Shown here piece by piece: positions 33,241 through 46,000 of a stretch of DNA of 64,000 nucleotides (the first letter of the stretch is position 1; every line of letters begins with the position of its first letter). Position numbers and translations under genes: made by a program. Location: assembly GCA_043228905.1 (NCBI GenBank), contig JBHGNT010000001.1, positions 12,710,001-12,774,000 on the forward strand. The letters run 5' to 3'. The notes under the pieces are model-generated. The model did no database searches and was not told where the DNA came from. It saw nothing but the letters and a program-made list of their open reading frames with translations. The DNA is from Azolla caroliniana (taxonomy: Eukaryota > Plantae > Polypodiophyta).

Positions 33241-33688
33241 TAACAATCGGCAACGGTTTGGTTCGAGAGGGTCCAAACCGAACCATTAAAAAAGTTTGAA
33301 ACTTGAACCGAACTGAACCGAACCACGAAACTGTTAAACCGAACCATTAAAAAAATATTTCTAACTGTTAAGCCATTAAACCGGTAAAACCGTGGTTTCG
33401 TGGTTCAGTTTCAGTTTTCAGTTTGGGTCAAATTTTAAATTTTAAAATTTTAAAATTTTAAAAAAATCATTATTTAAATTTTAAAGATTTTCCTAAAATT
33501 TGAGAGTAAGGCATGAAAATGAAAAGATTGTTTAAAAACAATTTTTTTAAAAAATTGTAAAAAATAAAAAACCGTTAAACTGTTTAAACCGTGGTTTCTA
33601 ACTATTGAAACCGAACAGAACCGTTTAAACTGTTAAGCCGCAATTTCGTAGTTCGGTTCGGTTCAAACCGAACCGTTGCCGATTGTTA
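33241..33688. mobile_element. hAT-type MITE, 448 bp, same family as 14389-14755
   Basis: Perfect TIRs TAACAATCGGCAACGG / CCGTTGCCGATTGTTA. 8-bp TSD with one mismatch (CTTTCACC / TTTTCACC). Confidence 0.88.
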
Positions 33689-34439
33689 TTTTCACCTTAA
33701 AACCACTCCTAATACAATTTTCTTACTCTTAGACTTTAGTGCAATCTCTACCTATACCTAATGTAGGTGAAGGCAACTTCCCATAAAGTGATTAGAAAAC
33801 CTGAATATTCTGCATTTGCCGAAATGATCCCCTCATGCTCCAAACGTCCATAAAATAATTCCATAGCCTTTCACCCCCCCATGTCTACCGTCGAACATGA
33901 AAGCCTTACACATATTCTAAAAATTGGAACATGAAGCTGAGATCTCATCTCAATCGTTTATTTTCATTGGGGGTTGTAGAGTTGGGAGATGTGGTGGGTA
34001 ATGCATCTCAAAGGTTGTCGGAATTTGAAGATGATGAACGATGGTTATGTATTCCCCCAAATTATGGATTTATTCGGAAGAAATTACGAGATATACTATT
34101 GTTGCAATGATCTCTGCCAATGAAAGCAAATGGTGCTCATTGGATGGATTGATGGCCATTATAGGTGACTATAAATATATTGTATTATCATTTTGTGGCA
34201 ATTACCTAAAGAAGAAAAGGTGTGGAATGTATGTAAGTCAATTGCAAGGTGGGGGCAAATATCACAATGTGTTGTTTGGCATCTTTGTTTTCTATTTCGT
34301 GCAAAGGTATTCATATGGAGAGTCATAATTGATGGGCTCCCATTAAGTTTAACCTTAAGGAAATGAGGACTAGGATCAAGTACATGCTTCTTTTGCACCA
34401 TTCCATTCGAGGACAATACACAAGGTTAATTAAATATCC

Positions 34440-35500
34440 TATAGCTCATATTAGTTGGGACTATGACAAGTTTTATCGTGTTATCATTTGAGGCCTCAAA
34501 ATGTGTTTTTGCTTAATTGACCAGGTCAAGGCTCACAAATGGAATTTATATTGTTGTTTTGTGGACTTTCACAAAGCCTTAGGCACAGTCCTTAAAGAGT
34601 AGTTGTTTGATAGACTTAAAAGCTTGGAAGTACTGAATGACATGATTTAGTCATTGATGCCTTATACGAGTAAGTCTCCAGGTGCATATGGTGTCCAAGT
34701 AATTTATCTAATTTCTTCACTAGCACCATTGGTGTAAAATAAGCTGGACCCCTATCAGTGACTATTTTTGGAATCCACATGGATGAGATTACTGATTTTA
34801 TTGCACATAAACGAGGCACCAGAGTAGACCTAGGGGGTACAACGTCAATATATTGCTTTATGCAAACAATGTAGTTCTACTCTCTAAGTTTGAAAACGAC
34901 CTACATAGGCATCTTAATGCCTTAGATGACTTTTGCACACAAGGAGGAATGATAGTGAATCTAGGGAAAACTAAAGTCCTTATCTTCCATACCTCTGCTC
35001 CGGTTAAGACTAAATGTAGCCTAATGCTCTCTAATAGACAAGTTGAGGTGGTCAAATCTTATGTATATCTTGGAGTCACTTTTAGTGCTTGCTCAAGTAA
35101 ATGTTTTATGACACATGCAACAAAAGATAGATTAATAAGAGGATATGTGTCCCGCTCACTCTAAAAGAGACAATCCCACTAGGCATACTTCCAAGAGCCA
35201 AGAACAAAGGTTGGCTCTTCGACTCCTTAATGACCCCTTCCCTCATGTATGCAACAATGGTTTGGTCGGGGCTACCACCTTTCATGTGGTCATAGTTAAT
35301 GATGTTATCTAGACAAATCAGAAGAAAACAACAATGCTACATGAAATCATTAGAGAAGAGTTTAGTTTACCCCCTATGCTATTATAAGCACTCAACTAAT
35401 AGTTTTTATTAATAAGATACATGGTCATTGACAAGATCGGTTATCTCAGCAAGCTTTCGAGGCATCTCGATCACTCTATGAGTTCATGGATAATAAATCA
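34440..35500 (+). mobile_element. Degraded LINE RT remnant (same type as the intron-2 LINE)
   Basis: LIDQVKAHKWNLYCCFVDFHKALGTV, LLYANNVVLL (decayed YADD), VNLGKTKVLIF, SYVYLGVTF. Boundaries approximate. Confidence 0.7.
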
Positions 35501-35774
35501 GTTCCATATTCAGTAAATGTTTATGTTTATACTAGATATTCAGTTCCATATTGCTAACAATCTAATACTATATGGGCACCAAAGGTAAAGTGTAACTACC
35601 ACTACCAAACCCTCTTAAGACTTCTGTATTGGGAGACATTTGCGCACACATTTATACTTATCCTTTCGTAGGCTAGATGAGCTATCACCTTCTACAAAAT
35701 ACATGATCATGACCTAACTGGAGTGGAATTTAATTATGCCTAGCCAAGGAGAATTATACATGCACATGCATATA

Positions 35775-36256
35775 TGTTACCCATAGGGGTTTATTGCCAA
35801 AAAGGTCGAAAGGCCAGATGAAGTGTGAAAGGGCCAAATAGCCGAAAGCTGAAAGTAGTATGAAAAGGCCGAAGTCTGGATAATAATGTATATTTCCTAA
35901 TTAGATATCGTCAAAAATAATATTGCCGAATTATGTATTAATTAGAAAATTGTAAATAGTAGATCGTTAACGATATGTCATATGATATTGCAATTGTAAG
36001 ATTGGAAACGCTATGCCGATTGGCATTGTAACTTCTCCATGTCTTTCCTATATAAAGGGGGCATGTGAATTGTATATAGGGGTTTAATAGAAAGATATCT
36101 TTTGGTGATATATTGTCTGTGTCGTATTCTTGTGTGTCTATGATCTATTCTGATTTTATAAGTTAAGTGTTGTGTGCATAGTCGATTCAACCATAGCCAA
36201 TCTGAACAAGAGCCGACCATCGGTTAGTTATTTTTGTTTGCGATCTATTCCCCACA
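35775..36256 (+). mobile_element. Possible solo LTR
   Basis: TG...CA termini flanked by TATA on both sides (weak 4-bp TSD) and an internal CCTATATAAAGGGGG TATA-like box. No partner copy in the window. Confidence 0.35.
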
Positions 36257-37072
36257 TATAATTTATGGATGTCATATTACAAGCTAGACGAGAGAATGTT
36301 ACTTGCTTTAGTTTTTTGCAGGTTTGTTACATGTGCACAATGCTTAAGCAATGTGTTTCTTGCATTCTCTTGACCTTGATCACTTAGTCATACACTCATG
36401 ATGGGCTCAGTTTGGATGGGACTCATCCTCGCGTTCAAGGAGCATCACAAGGTAGAGGTGTGATGTCTAGGTGTTGTATCAGAGAGGGGACGAGAGGATT
36501 AAGTGAAACAACTCCTTGATACGAATTGATCCTAGAGAGGGGAAGAGAGGAAACATGACCATTTCACCCAAAAAATATAAAAGAGAGAACCCCACCTGCC
36601 AAGGACATTGTGATGCACACCATAAGTAGTATTTCCACATTCATGTTTCGTGTTTCAAACATGGATGTTTCTTCTTAAGCAGTACAGGCATCAATACAAA
36701 AATAATGTTTGATGAAAGCATTTACTCATATCACTAGGGGCAGAGGAGGGATGGATGGTGGGATAAAGGGCCAACAAATTCAATTTCCAAATTGGCAATT
36801 AAGGATTATAAAGCATTTAAAATTTTGAGTGATCCAGATCACATATTTCTCACTCAGTATATGTATGAAGAACCGAAAAAGGATAACCATCAAATATGGA
36901 GGGATCTGAATTCCTTTTTAGTTTTGCTTGCTATATACACTTACAAGGAACTCCTTATGTTGGAATTTTCGAGTGAGGTACCCAGTACAAATCTGTGGTG
37001 AGAAGGCAGAAGAGTTCCTAAATCAACTTTCTGGCTTCCAATATAGAAATTTCATCTTCTGTGTCTTCAACA

Positions 37073-39997
37073 TTATCCACATTGTGCTTTGGCTACATAA
37101 TTATTACCAGCAGTTGCACAACTATCATCTAGTTGTACCACCTGATCAAAGGCCCATTTCCCAACCTTCATATTCCCCCATTTTTTACAAGCACCTAACA
37201 GTGTGGGCCAAACTGCACTAAAATCATGAGAAGGTAGTGTCTTGATCACAGACATTGGCATAGCAAAATGTCCTGCACATCCAAAACAAATCACCATGTA
37301 AATAAAGGTCTCTATGTATAGTTTAATACTGCAGTTTCTGATTATATGGCCAAAACACATTTGAATTTCATCTAATAGCAGTGATTGGTTACAAGCATTC
37401 AGAACACATAGGAAGGTAACCCTATCTGGACATAGGCCCTCACGTTGCATTTGCTCAAAACAACACAATGCTTCATGACCTTGTCTCTGTTGTGCATAAT
37501 TTCCAATTAATGCAGACCAAGAGACTACATTACGTTGACGAAGCTCTTCAAATAATTGATGTGCTTTTGAAAGCAAACCACATTTTCCATACATATCAAC
37601 CAACGCAGTCCCAAGCACTACATTATTATCCAGCAGGCCACGGATTACGATCTCCTTGTGAATTTGTTTGCCCTTTTCAATTGCACCAATGCTTCCACAG
37701 GCCTTCAAGATAGAACTGAAGATGACCGCATCTGGAGAGAGTATATCACCTTGCATTTGCTCAAAACACTTCAGTGCTTCATGACATTGACAATCTTGTA
37801 CATACCCTGCAATCAGTGTAGACCATGAAATTATGTCTTGAATGTCAAGTTTGTCATGCATTTCTTGTGCTTTTGCAAGAAGGCCCCTTTTGGCATACAT
37901 ATCGACCAACATAGTCTGGAGCAAAATATCCGTCTCCAACAAGCCTCTACCAAAACTTATATCATGAATATGCTTTTCCTCTTTGATATCTCCATTAATG
38001 CAATAGGCCTTCAAAATGCAAATGTATGTGGTTGCATTTGGACACAGCCCCTCACTTTGCATCAATTCAAGGCAATTCAATGCCTGGAGACCTTGACCCT
38101 GGTTGGCATACCCTACAATCAATGCATTCCAAGAGACAATATTTCGCACACCAAATTCATTATGCACTTGCTGTGCTTTTGCAAGCTCACCACATTTAGC
38201 ATACATACTTACTAATGATGTGACTAGCACAATATCGTTCTTCAGTAGTTTCCTACTAACAAGCTCATCATGAATTTCTTTTCCTTTATCAATAGCTCCT
38301 GTGATGCTACAAGCTTTCAAGGCACAAATGAAGGTGATTGCATCAGGAGAGAGCCCCTCGTCTTGCATTTGTTCAAAACAGGTCAAGGCTAGATCAGCTT
38401 GTCCATGTTGCTGATATCCTGATATTAAAGCAGACCAAGAGGCTACATTTTGGATGCCAAAATCCTCATGGACTTCCCATGCTTTATTAAAATCACCACA
38501 TTTAGCATACATATTTACCACTGCAGTGCCTAGCATGGTGTGCTTACCTAGAAATCCTCTCCCGACAATTTCATTATGAATCTGTTTGGCTTTGTTAATA
38601 GCTCCTGTCATACCACAGGCCTTCAAGACAGAAATGAAGGTGATTGCATCGGGAGCAAAGCCCTCGCTTTTCATCTGTTCAAAACAGTTTAGTGCTGCAG
38701 AACCTTCTCCATGTTGCACATATCCAGAAATTAGTGCAGACCAAGAAATCACATCATGAGCATAAAGATTATCATGTATTTGTTCTGCTTTTGTAAGGAG
38801 ACCGAACTTGGCATACATATCCACTAAAGCAGTGCCAAGCACAACATCTTCCCTTAAAATACCCGAGTTAACTATCTTGTTATGGATTTCTTGACCCTTT
38901 TCTATAGCTCCCGCGATGCTACAAGCTTTCAAGATGCAAATGAATGTGACTGTATTCGGAGAGAGGCCATCACTTTGCATGCACTCAAAAAGGTTCAAGG
39001 CTTCATGACCTCTCCCTTGCTGGACATACCCTGCGATTCGTGCATTACAAGAAGCCACATCTCGAACACCAAGTTCTTCATGTAATTGTTGTGCGTGCAT
39101 GTGCCGACCACATTCAGAATACATATCCTGTAACGCGATGCGAACCGTAGTATCTTTGTCCAAATGCTGACTGAGAATTGCAACATGAATGTGTTTGCCC
39201 CACTTCACAGCTGCTATGCTTCCACAGGCCTTTAAGATACAAACAAATATGACCGCATCTGGAAAGAGGTTCTCGGTTAGCATCTGCCAGAAACATTCTA
39301 GAGCTGTACAACCTTGCCCATGCTGTACATACCCCACGATCAATGCAGACCATGAGACTGTATCTCGAGCATAAAGTTGATCATGCACTCTGTGTGCATT
39401 CACAACCACACTGCACTTGACATACATATCTACCAATGCAGTACCAAGCAGATGATCGTGTTTCAGCATGCCATCACCAACAATCACACTATGAATTTGT
39501 TTGCCTTTCTCCATAGCACCTTTGATGCCACATGCTTTTAAGGTACAAGTAAAGGTGATTGCGTTTGGAGAGAGACCCTCAGCCTGCATCCTTCCAAAAT
39601 AGTCTAGAGCCTCATGACATTGACACTCTTGGACATGCCCTGAAATCAATGCAGACCAAGAGATGACATCTCGAACACAGAGTTTGTCATGCACATGCAG
39701 CGCTTCTGAAAGCAGGCCGCATTTCAGGTACATATGAAGCAAAGCAGTTCCAAGAAGAAGATTGCTCTCCAAGAAGCCACCGCTGAGAATTTGCGCATGG
39801 ATTTCTTTGCCCTTGTCAATGGCCACTCTGCTGCCACAGGACTTGAGAATGCAAAGGAAGGTGAGTGCATTGGGACATATGGAGTGGCAGCGCATCCGTA
39901 CGAACCATCGCAAGGCTTCATCGTCTCGGCCCTGTTTAGCAGCCACAGAGATCAGAGAATTCCAACTCACTAAGCTCTCAAGGTTTAACAAGCTCAT
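37073..39997 (-). CDS. PLS-class PPR protein, ~974 aa: 9 P-L-S triplets + E1, with E2 degenerate and no DYW; paralogue of 30290-33004
   Basis: Same motif consensus; E1 AVWPTLLGACKKWGNMKVG; stops after ...TAGNNYVAKAQCG. First ATG at 39997, with an in-frame TGA 9 codons upstream. Confidence 0.88.
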   Translation of the reverse strand: MSLLNLESLVSWNSLISVAAKQGRDDEALRWFVRMRCHSICPNALTFLCILKSCGSRVAIDKGKEIHAQILSGGFLESNLLLGTALLHMYLKCGLLSEALHVHDKLCVRDVISWSALISGHVQECQCHEALDYFGRMQAEGLSPNAITFTCTLKACGIKGAMEKGKQIHSVIVGDGMLKHDHLLGTALVDMYVKCSVVVNAHRVHDQLYARDTVSWSALIVGYVQHGQGCTALECFWQMLTENLFPDAVIFVCILKACGSIAAVKWGKHIHVAILSQHLDKDTTVRIALQDMYSECGRHMHAQQLHEELGVRDVASCNARIAGYVQQGRGHEALNLFECMQSDGLSPNTVTFICILKACSIAGAIEKGQEIHNKIVNSGILREDVVLGTALVDMYAKFGLLTKAEQIHDNLYAHDVISWSALISGYVQHGEGSAALNCFEQMKSEGFAPDAITFISVLKACGMTGAINKAKQIHNEIVGRGFLGKHTMLGTAVVNMYAKCGDFNKAWEVHEDFGIQNVASWSALISGYQQHGQADLALTCFEQMQDEGLSPDAITFICALKACSITGAIDKGKEIHDELVSRKLLKNDIVLVTSLVSMYAKCGELAKAQQVHNEFGVRNIVSWNALIVGYANQGQGLQALNCLELMQSEGLCPNATTYICILKAYCINGDIKEEKHIHDISFGRGLLETDILLQTMLVDMYAKRGLLAKAQEMHDKLDIQDIISWSTLIAGYVQDCQCHEALKCFEQMQGDILSPDAVIFSSILKACGSIGAIEKGKQIHKEIVIRGLLDNNVVLGTALVDMYGKCGLLSKAHQLFEELRQRNVVSWSALIGNYAQQRQGHEALCCFEQMQREGLCPDRVTFLCVLNACNQSLLLDEIQMCFGHIIRNCSIKLYIETFIYMVICFGCAGHFAMPMSVIKTLPSHDFSAVWPTLLGACKKWGNMKVGKWAFDQVVQLDDSCATAGNNYVAKAQCG

Positions 39998-40138
39998 CAC
40001 CGCATCATCATCTGTCCCATTTCATTCACTCGCAATCCAATACTACATACATCATTCACCATGTACAACATACGTATGTACATACATATGTAGCTCGTTG
40101 TGTCTATTATACACCAAATCATAAATAGTCGTTGGCGA

Positions 40139-42702
40139 GGGAATTGCGGCCATAGACAAGTGCAAGTCGCTCGAAGCATGGCGCGTGCGATCTGCACCGT
40201 TCGATTAGGATAAGAAAGAACGCGCAAATTTTTATTTTGTCAGAGGTCGCCCAACCTTGTCAGAGGTCCGCCAACTCTGAGTCGTCGGTCGCCCAACTAC
40301 ATTTGGTTGCCCAACTCCGACCGTTGCAGGTCGCCCAACCAAATGTATTATTTCCACCAAAATCTTCAAATAAGTCTTCAAAACTTACAATAATATATCA
40401 AACAGTCACAGAATCCAACGTTAAAAATTCCAAAATCGACGAACTTCACCATACTTAAAACTTAGACTTTACAACAAATAATCATCTTAAAACATAAAAC
40501 TTAAAACATATATAAACTTATAACATACTTGAAACATAAAACTTAAAACATGCTTTTAACATAAATCCACTTTAGACATACTTCATTCGTAAACCCAATT
40601 GCAATGGTTCGCAAAACCACTCAAGCCGTGCTTATGGCTCATCTGGAGATGATGGCAAGATGCGGCCACAGTTCTTGCAACAATCAACATTTGAGTCCCT
40701 TGATCTAAAGGTCAAGGCATCGCAATGCAAGCATTGAATCTTCTTTGTCGCACATATTGGCAACCACCTCCTAGCTCAACGTGCATCTCTTTGCATTTAT
40801 CCGGTGTGTGTTTTGGAAGTGTTTGGGGAGCTGCCAATAAGATCTTTTGAAATGCCAATTGATGATCCTCTCTTTGCACCAATTGCTTGCTTCTGCCTTA
40901 TGGATCCAAAGTCTTCTTCATTGAGCATTGGTTTTGGTGCACCAACGTGATACACCACCGCTTGTCTCATTTCTGAAAGGGACATCATACATGCCAAAAC
41001 TTTTGCATGATCGAGGGATTGTAACCCTTGCCTGAGACGTTGAATTTAGCTACCTCGGTCATTTGTAATTCCGACTCCTATTCCTCCATATGTGTTGCAC
41101 TAGGGTTTATCTCCACTTTTATTTCTATGAAATGGTCCTTGTGCATATGGGCCGCGTGATCTATAAAAGGCAACGACCCACATAGATGTGGCATGGGCCT
41201 CTCAATAATTATCCGGATGCCGAGTATATGCTTATATTTACTCACAAGGTCTTGGCAATAAGAATATGAGCACTGGAACGATACATTATACCATACAATG
41301 GGTTTTGTCAAGCTCAATATTTTAAACCAATATTGGGGGTTGTCCACACTATGCACTGTCACATTATTAGTTTCATAACTCTCTAGTATCCTCTCGGCCT
41401 CTTTAAATCTTGTTGTTTGATCCCTATTATTTGCACGGGGTGTAAATCTACAACTCTCACATATTTCTTGTTGTTGATTGTACCATTCAATAACGGTTCC
41501 TCCGACGCAAGTGCTAGTTTGACTGTCCCCGGTTAAAACATGCACAAGATCGATAATTGGTCGATTTATTCTTCCTCTCAAGGTAGTATATTTGATAAAT
41601 TGCCAACGTCTCTCCACAATATTGGTAGTGTGAACATGTCTGTAGTTGAACATTCTACCAAATTTGGGCCATAGTTTCCTCCACACACATGTCAAGCCAC
41701 ACCATCCTCCCTCTATAAATTGCCAAACACATGGCTTGTTTGATATTCTACCTTTAACTCCTCACATTGGACACTGAATGTGGATTCCGTAATGCATTGC
41801 ATGAGTTGGCACATCCGGTTATAAAGATGGTTTCTCTTAGTTGCACTTACCTTTGGCAACAAGTTGTCCACCCATGCTTTTTTGGCGTGGAATTGACACA
41901 ACAAAAGTCGACAATGTGTTTGCGACCTTTGCCCATTTGCAACAATCCAAGATAATCGGTCTGCTACAACCACATTACTTATGACATTATATGATGCCCA
42001 ACTTTTAGTGATGACTATCACATTTGGCCTCACATTGGGCCTCCGTGAGAATATGACTCTCGAGCAAGTTTCTAAAGCTACTTGCTCATGGTTTGACCCC
42101 TTATCAGCTACATATCATGTACCATAATGGGATACCAATTCCCATGGCGTTTGGGGCCACAACTGCATATAATGGCAAGCCAAATTGGTTTGTTTTTAAT
42201 GTGTAGTCGATTGCCCAAGAGTTGTTTATTGACAATCACTCACACATTTCTAACATCCATTCATCTTGAAGCACCAAGATGAACGGTTGCCTTGCTGGAG
42301 ATCCATATTCACCAGGCAAGTAAGGTTGGACATGAACCACCTTTCCAAGATCTTAGAGTGCATAGGTATCTTGCATCATCAAATACTAATCAACCTCTGA
42401 CATGGCACTCCCAAATTTTAACCTGTTGGCCATGTTATGGACCTCCTTTGGTATCATAAAGAACCTATAACTAACAAGGTCTAATGGACTAGCCTTGGAC
42501 TTATGATATGCTTCTTTACGTATGCTTATCTGTGCCACATGTCGTGCACATCCAACATAAAAAAGGTAATCTTTGTAACAACTTATAACATTTGGGTGTG
42601 CCAGAAAATAGTACGCATCCGGTCTACTTCCTGGTACATGACCCGTATGAGGTTCATATATTGAAATGATTATAGTCCCATGGTCAACCCCATCATTCCT
42701 TT
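40139..42702 (-). mobile_element. MULE/MuDR-type transposase pseudogene with SWIM finger, cut on the right by an LTR insertion
   Basis: Minus strand IDYTLKTNQFGLPLYAVVA (first catalytic D region), LLLCQFHAKKAW, HTTNIVERRWQFIK and a decayed SWIM (CSYSYCQD...KYKH). Five GGTCGCCCAAC-like subterminal repeats at ~40245-40340. The left terminus is approximate. Confidence 0.75.
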
Positions 42703-43027
42703 TGTAGGAAACAACGCGGAATATTGCTCGACCACAACCGAGTCTTGAATCACTTCAATGAGAATCAAACACAGAAATGGGAAGTAGAGAGTGAACGCAC
42801 GTACACACACAAGCAGTGATAGAGAACACATGATGTTTACGTGTGTTGAGAGTCGAACTCAACTTCCCTTAGTAATAGGTTTCACACTAGCTCATGAACA
42901 TACCAGGCTAGTTTTTTAAATTGTAGAAAGGGCACTTGCCCTAGCTTAGTTGGTATTTAAACCAACTCTTTGTAACTTTGTTACTGTTGGATGTAATACA
43001 TAGTTATCTCTGTCTTAAGCTCTCTCT

Positions 43028-43064
<37 letters not shown>

Positions 43065-46000
43065 GCCTTACGTACACACACACACACTCAATTATCTTCC
43101 GCTGCATTACACCATTTGCTCCATTTTCTTTACATGGTATCAAAGCGTGTGGTTACTTAATCCTCCTCCTCATTTCTTATGTGGTGCTACTCGCCGACGA
43201 ACAATAGATCCGGCTCATCAACGGAGAAGAAAACACCATGAATACTCAGATGGGAAGCGCTCTTTTGATGGAGAAGCTTGACATAATGAACTTTGCATCT
43301 TGGGAATACAAGATGCATCAATACCTTGTTGGGCAAGGTTACTAGAACTACATTGAAGGAGCTCACGAAACGCAACCCAACCCAACACACGCGGACTATC
43401 CCGATTGGGAGAAGGCCGCAAGCCGTGTGTTGTACTGCTTGGCATCATGCGTACATGATCATATGTTGGGATATATCAAAGAGGCAAAAACGCCGAAATA
43501 GGCGTGGGAAAATCTCAAGAAAATCTTTGCGGCAAATACGGCTGCACGGAAGCTCCAACTTCGACAGGAGCTAAACAATCTGCAACAGAGGGATATGTCG
43601 ATCACAAGTTACACCTTGAAGATCAAGGAACTATGTGACGCCCTCAGTTCGATCAATGTCATCATCAATGATGATGAGATGGTGCAAATATGCCTCGGTG
43701 GCGTAGCACCTCAATTTGGCTCGATTAGATCAACCATCCTTGCGAGAGAGAATCCTCCTTCCTTTTTTGACCTCCAATCATTATTGCTTGTCGAGGAGAA
43801 TCATGCACATCAAAGAAACAACACACATGACGGACAAATGTTGTATTCGAATTTCGATGGATGAAGAGGACATGGTCGCGGAAGAAGAGGCCGACACAAT
43901 CATGAGCGTAATCCCCACCAATGGCAAGCGGATAGATTCAGTCCCAGAGAGTTCGACGGAAGGGGGAGTCATCACACCATACCAAGCAATCGTAGAAACC
44001 CAATAGAATGCGGGTATTGCAGAAAACTCAGTCATTACAAAGAGGAGTGCCGAAAGAAGAAACACGAGGCAGGCCGACAACTCACTAATTACGCTTCGAA
44101 TTCTTACTATGGTGACGGTGGTGGAATGTTCATAATGAAACATGAAGCACACTCGATGTCCGCATAGGCTTCAACTAGTGCCTCCACCTCAAATAGTGTG
44201 GTTTGTCGATTCAAGATCGTCAAATCACATGATGTCTCGTGAAGATTGGTTTCGGGAACTATGGAAGCCCGAACGTCCCGAATATGTCGAAATAGGAGAT
44301 GACACAACTCATCCAATACAACATATCGGGAACGTCCCATTCAGAAACGATGGAAAACAAACCTACCTAAAGAATGTACTGCATGTTCCCACCATCACGA
44401 AAAACCTGGTCTCAGTCGGCCAGATTGTCAAACAAGGAATGCAAGTACGATTCAACAACGATGGGTGCTTCATCCAAACAGGCGGTCAAGTCGTAGCTCA
44501 CGGTCGATGAGAAGGTTGTATGTTTATCCTCGAATCAAATGAGGTAAAGTTAGTCGTGTTTGCAAAGGGCCTCAAAGTCGAAATGGACTTAAATTTGTGA
44601 CACAAAAGAATTGGCCACATCAATCTCCAAAAACTTCAGAACATGCAATCGAAAGAAGTGGTAATCGAACTCCTGAACTTTACCGCGAAGGAGATTACGG
44701 GCATATGTGAAGCGTGCCAGTTCGGAAAGCAACACTGACATCCATTCCCAAAAGAGCGAAATGCGAACAAAGGGATCCTGGATGTCGTACATTCAGATGT
44801 ATGGGGACCGGCCCAGACAAGCACACTCGGCGGATGCCGATATTACGTTATGTTCATCGACGACTTCTCCAGGAACACCTGGATCTACCCGATGAAACAA
44901 AAGAACGAAGTGTTCAGATACTTCCAGAGATTCAAAGCCGAAGTCGAAAAAGCCACGGATCGACATGTACATTGCCTTCGATCGGATGGAGGCAAAGAAT
45001 ACTTTTTGGATGAGTTTATGGAGTATCTCCTAAAGGAAGGAATCTGACAAGAATTCTCATGCCGTCACACACCTCAACAGAACGTCGTAGTTGAGCGTAA
45101 AAACCAGCAAATAGTAGAAGTCGCTCGGGCTATGATGAATGAGAAGAATCTACCGAAATCGTACTGGGCAGAAGCGGCGAACATGGTCGTATACCTCATG
45201 AATAGGTGCACAACCTTGGGAGTACACGACATAACCCCGCATGAGAAGTTGTTTGGAAAGAAGCCAGACTTATCACACCATATTTTTGGTGCAATTGCGT
45301 ACGTACATATTCCCAACGATATGTGACAAAAGCTCGACCTGAAGTTGGAGAAATGTATCTCGTGGGATACTCGCTCGAACAGAAGGGGTTCAAATGCTAC
45401 AGTTCACCTACCCGAAAAGTTCGAACAAGTCAGGATGTCGTTTTCAACGAGTCCGCATCCTGGTACGCACCAGAGACAACTTCGACTTTGACTTCGATAT
45501 ACGCCGAAATAGAGGCAGAAGCCGAAGATCAAGTTACGCGCATGATCGATAAAAGTCCAATTACAATATGACTGAGTGGGCCGGTAGAGCCGACGAGCGA
45601 TCAAAGCACATCTCGACCGAGTCCAAAGCTAGACAAAGGGAAGGCGAAAATGCGGGAATACGAAGACCAATTCGAATTCGAATCGACTCACTCCCTTGAT
45701 AGTGAGTTTGAAGGCCTTGACATTTGGACAGACGACGTGAAGAAAGCTTTAGAATCCGCAAACGAAAAGCTATGCCGGTCCACTCGAGAGAAGAACCCCG
45801 TATACCGTTATGGCTACAATGAGTACATGGCGTATCATTACGCCTTTATGATGAAGGTAGCGACAATACAGGAGCCGGAAACGATTTCCGAAGCCGTAAA
45901 GGATCTGCGATGCATGAGGAAATGGAAGCGTTATGCAAAAACGAGACATGGGATCTCGTTCCTCACCCGCCGAACAAGAAAGCAATTGGCTGCAGATGGA

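Noticed and set aside
30381-40124. Numerous plus-strand ORFs over the PPR genes, and similar antisense ORFs over TE genes and 49424-50813
   Set aside because: Shadow frames of repetitive coding sequence on the opposite strand.
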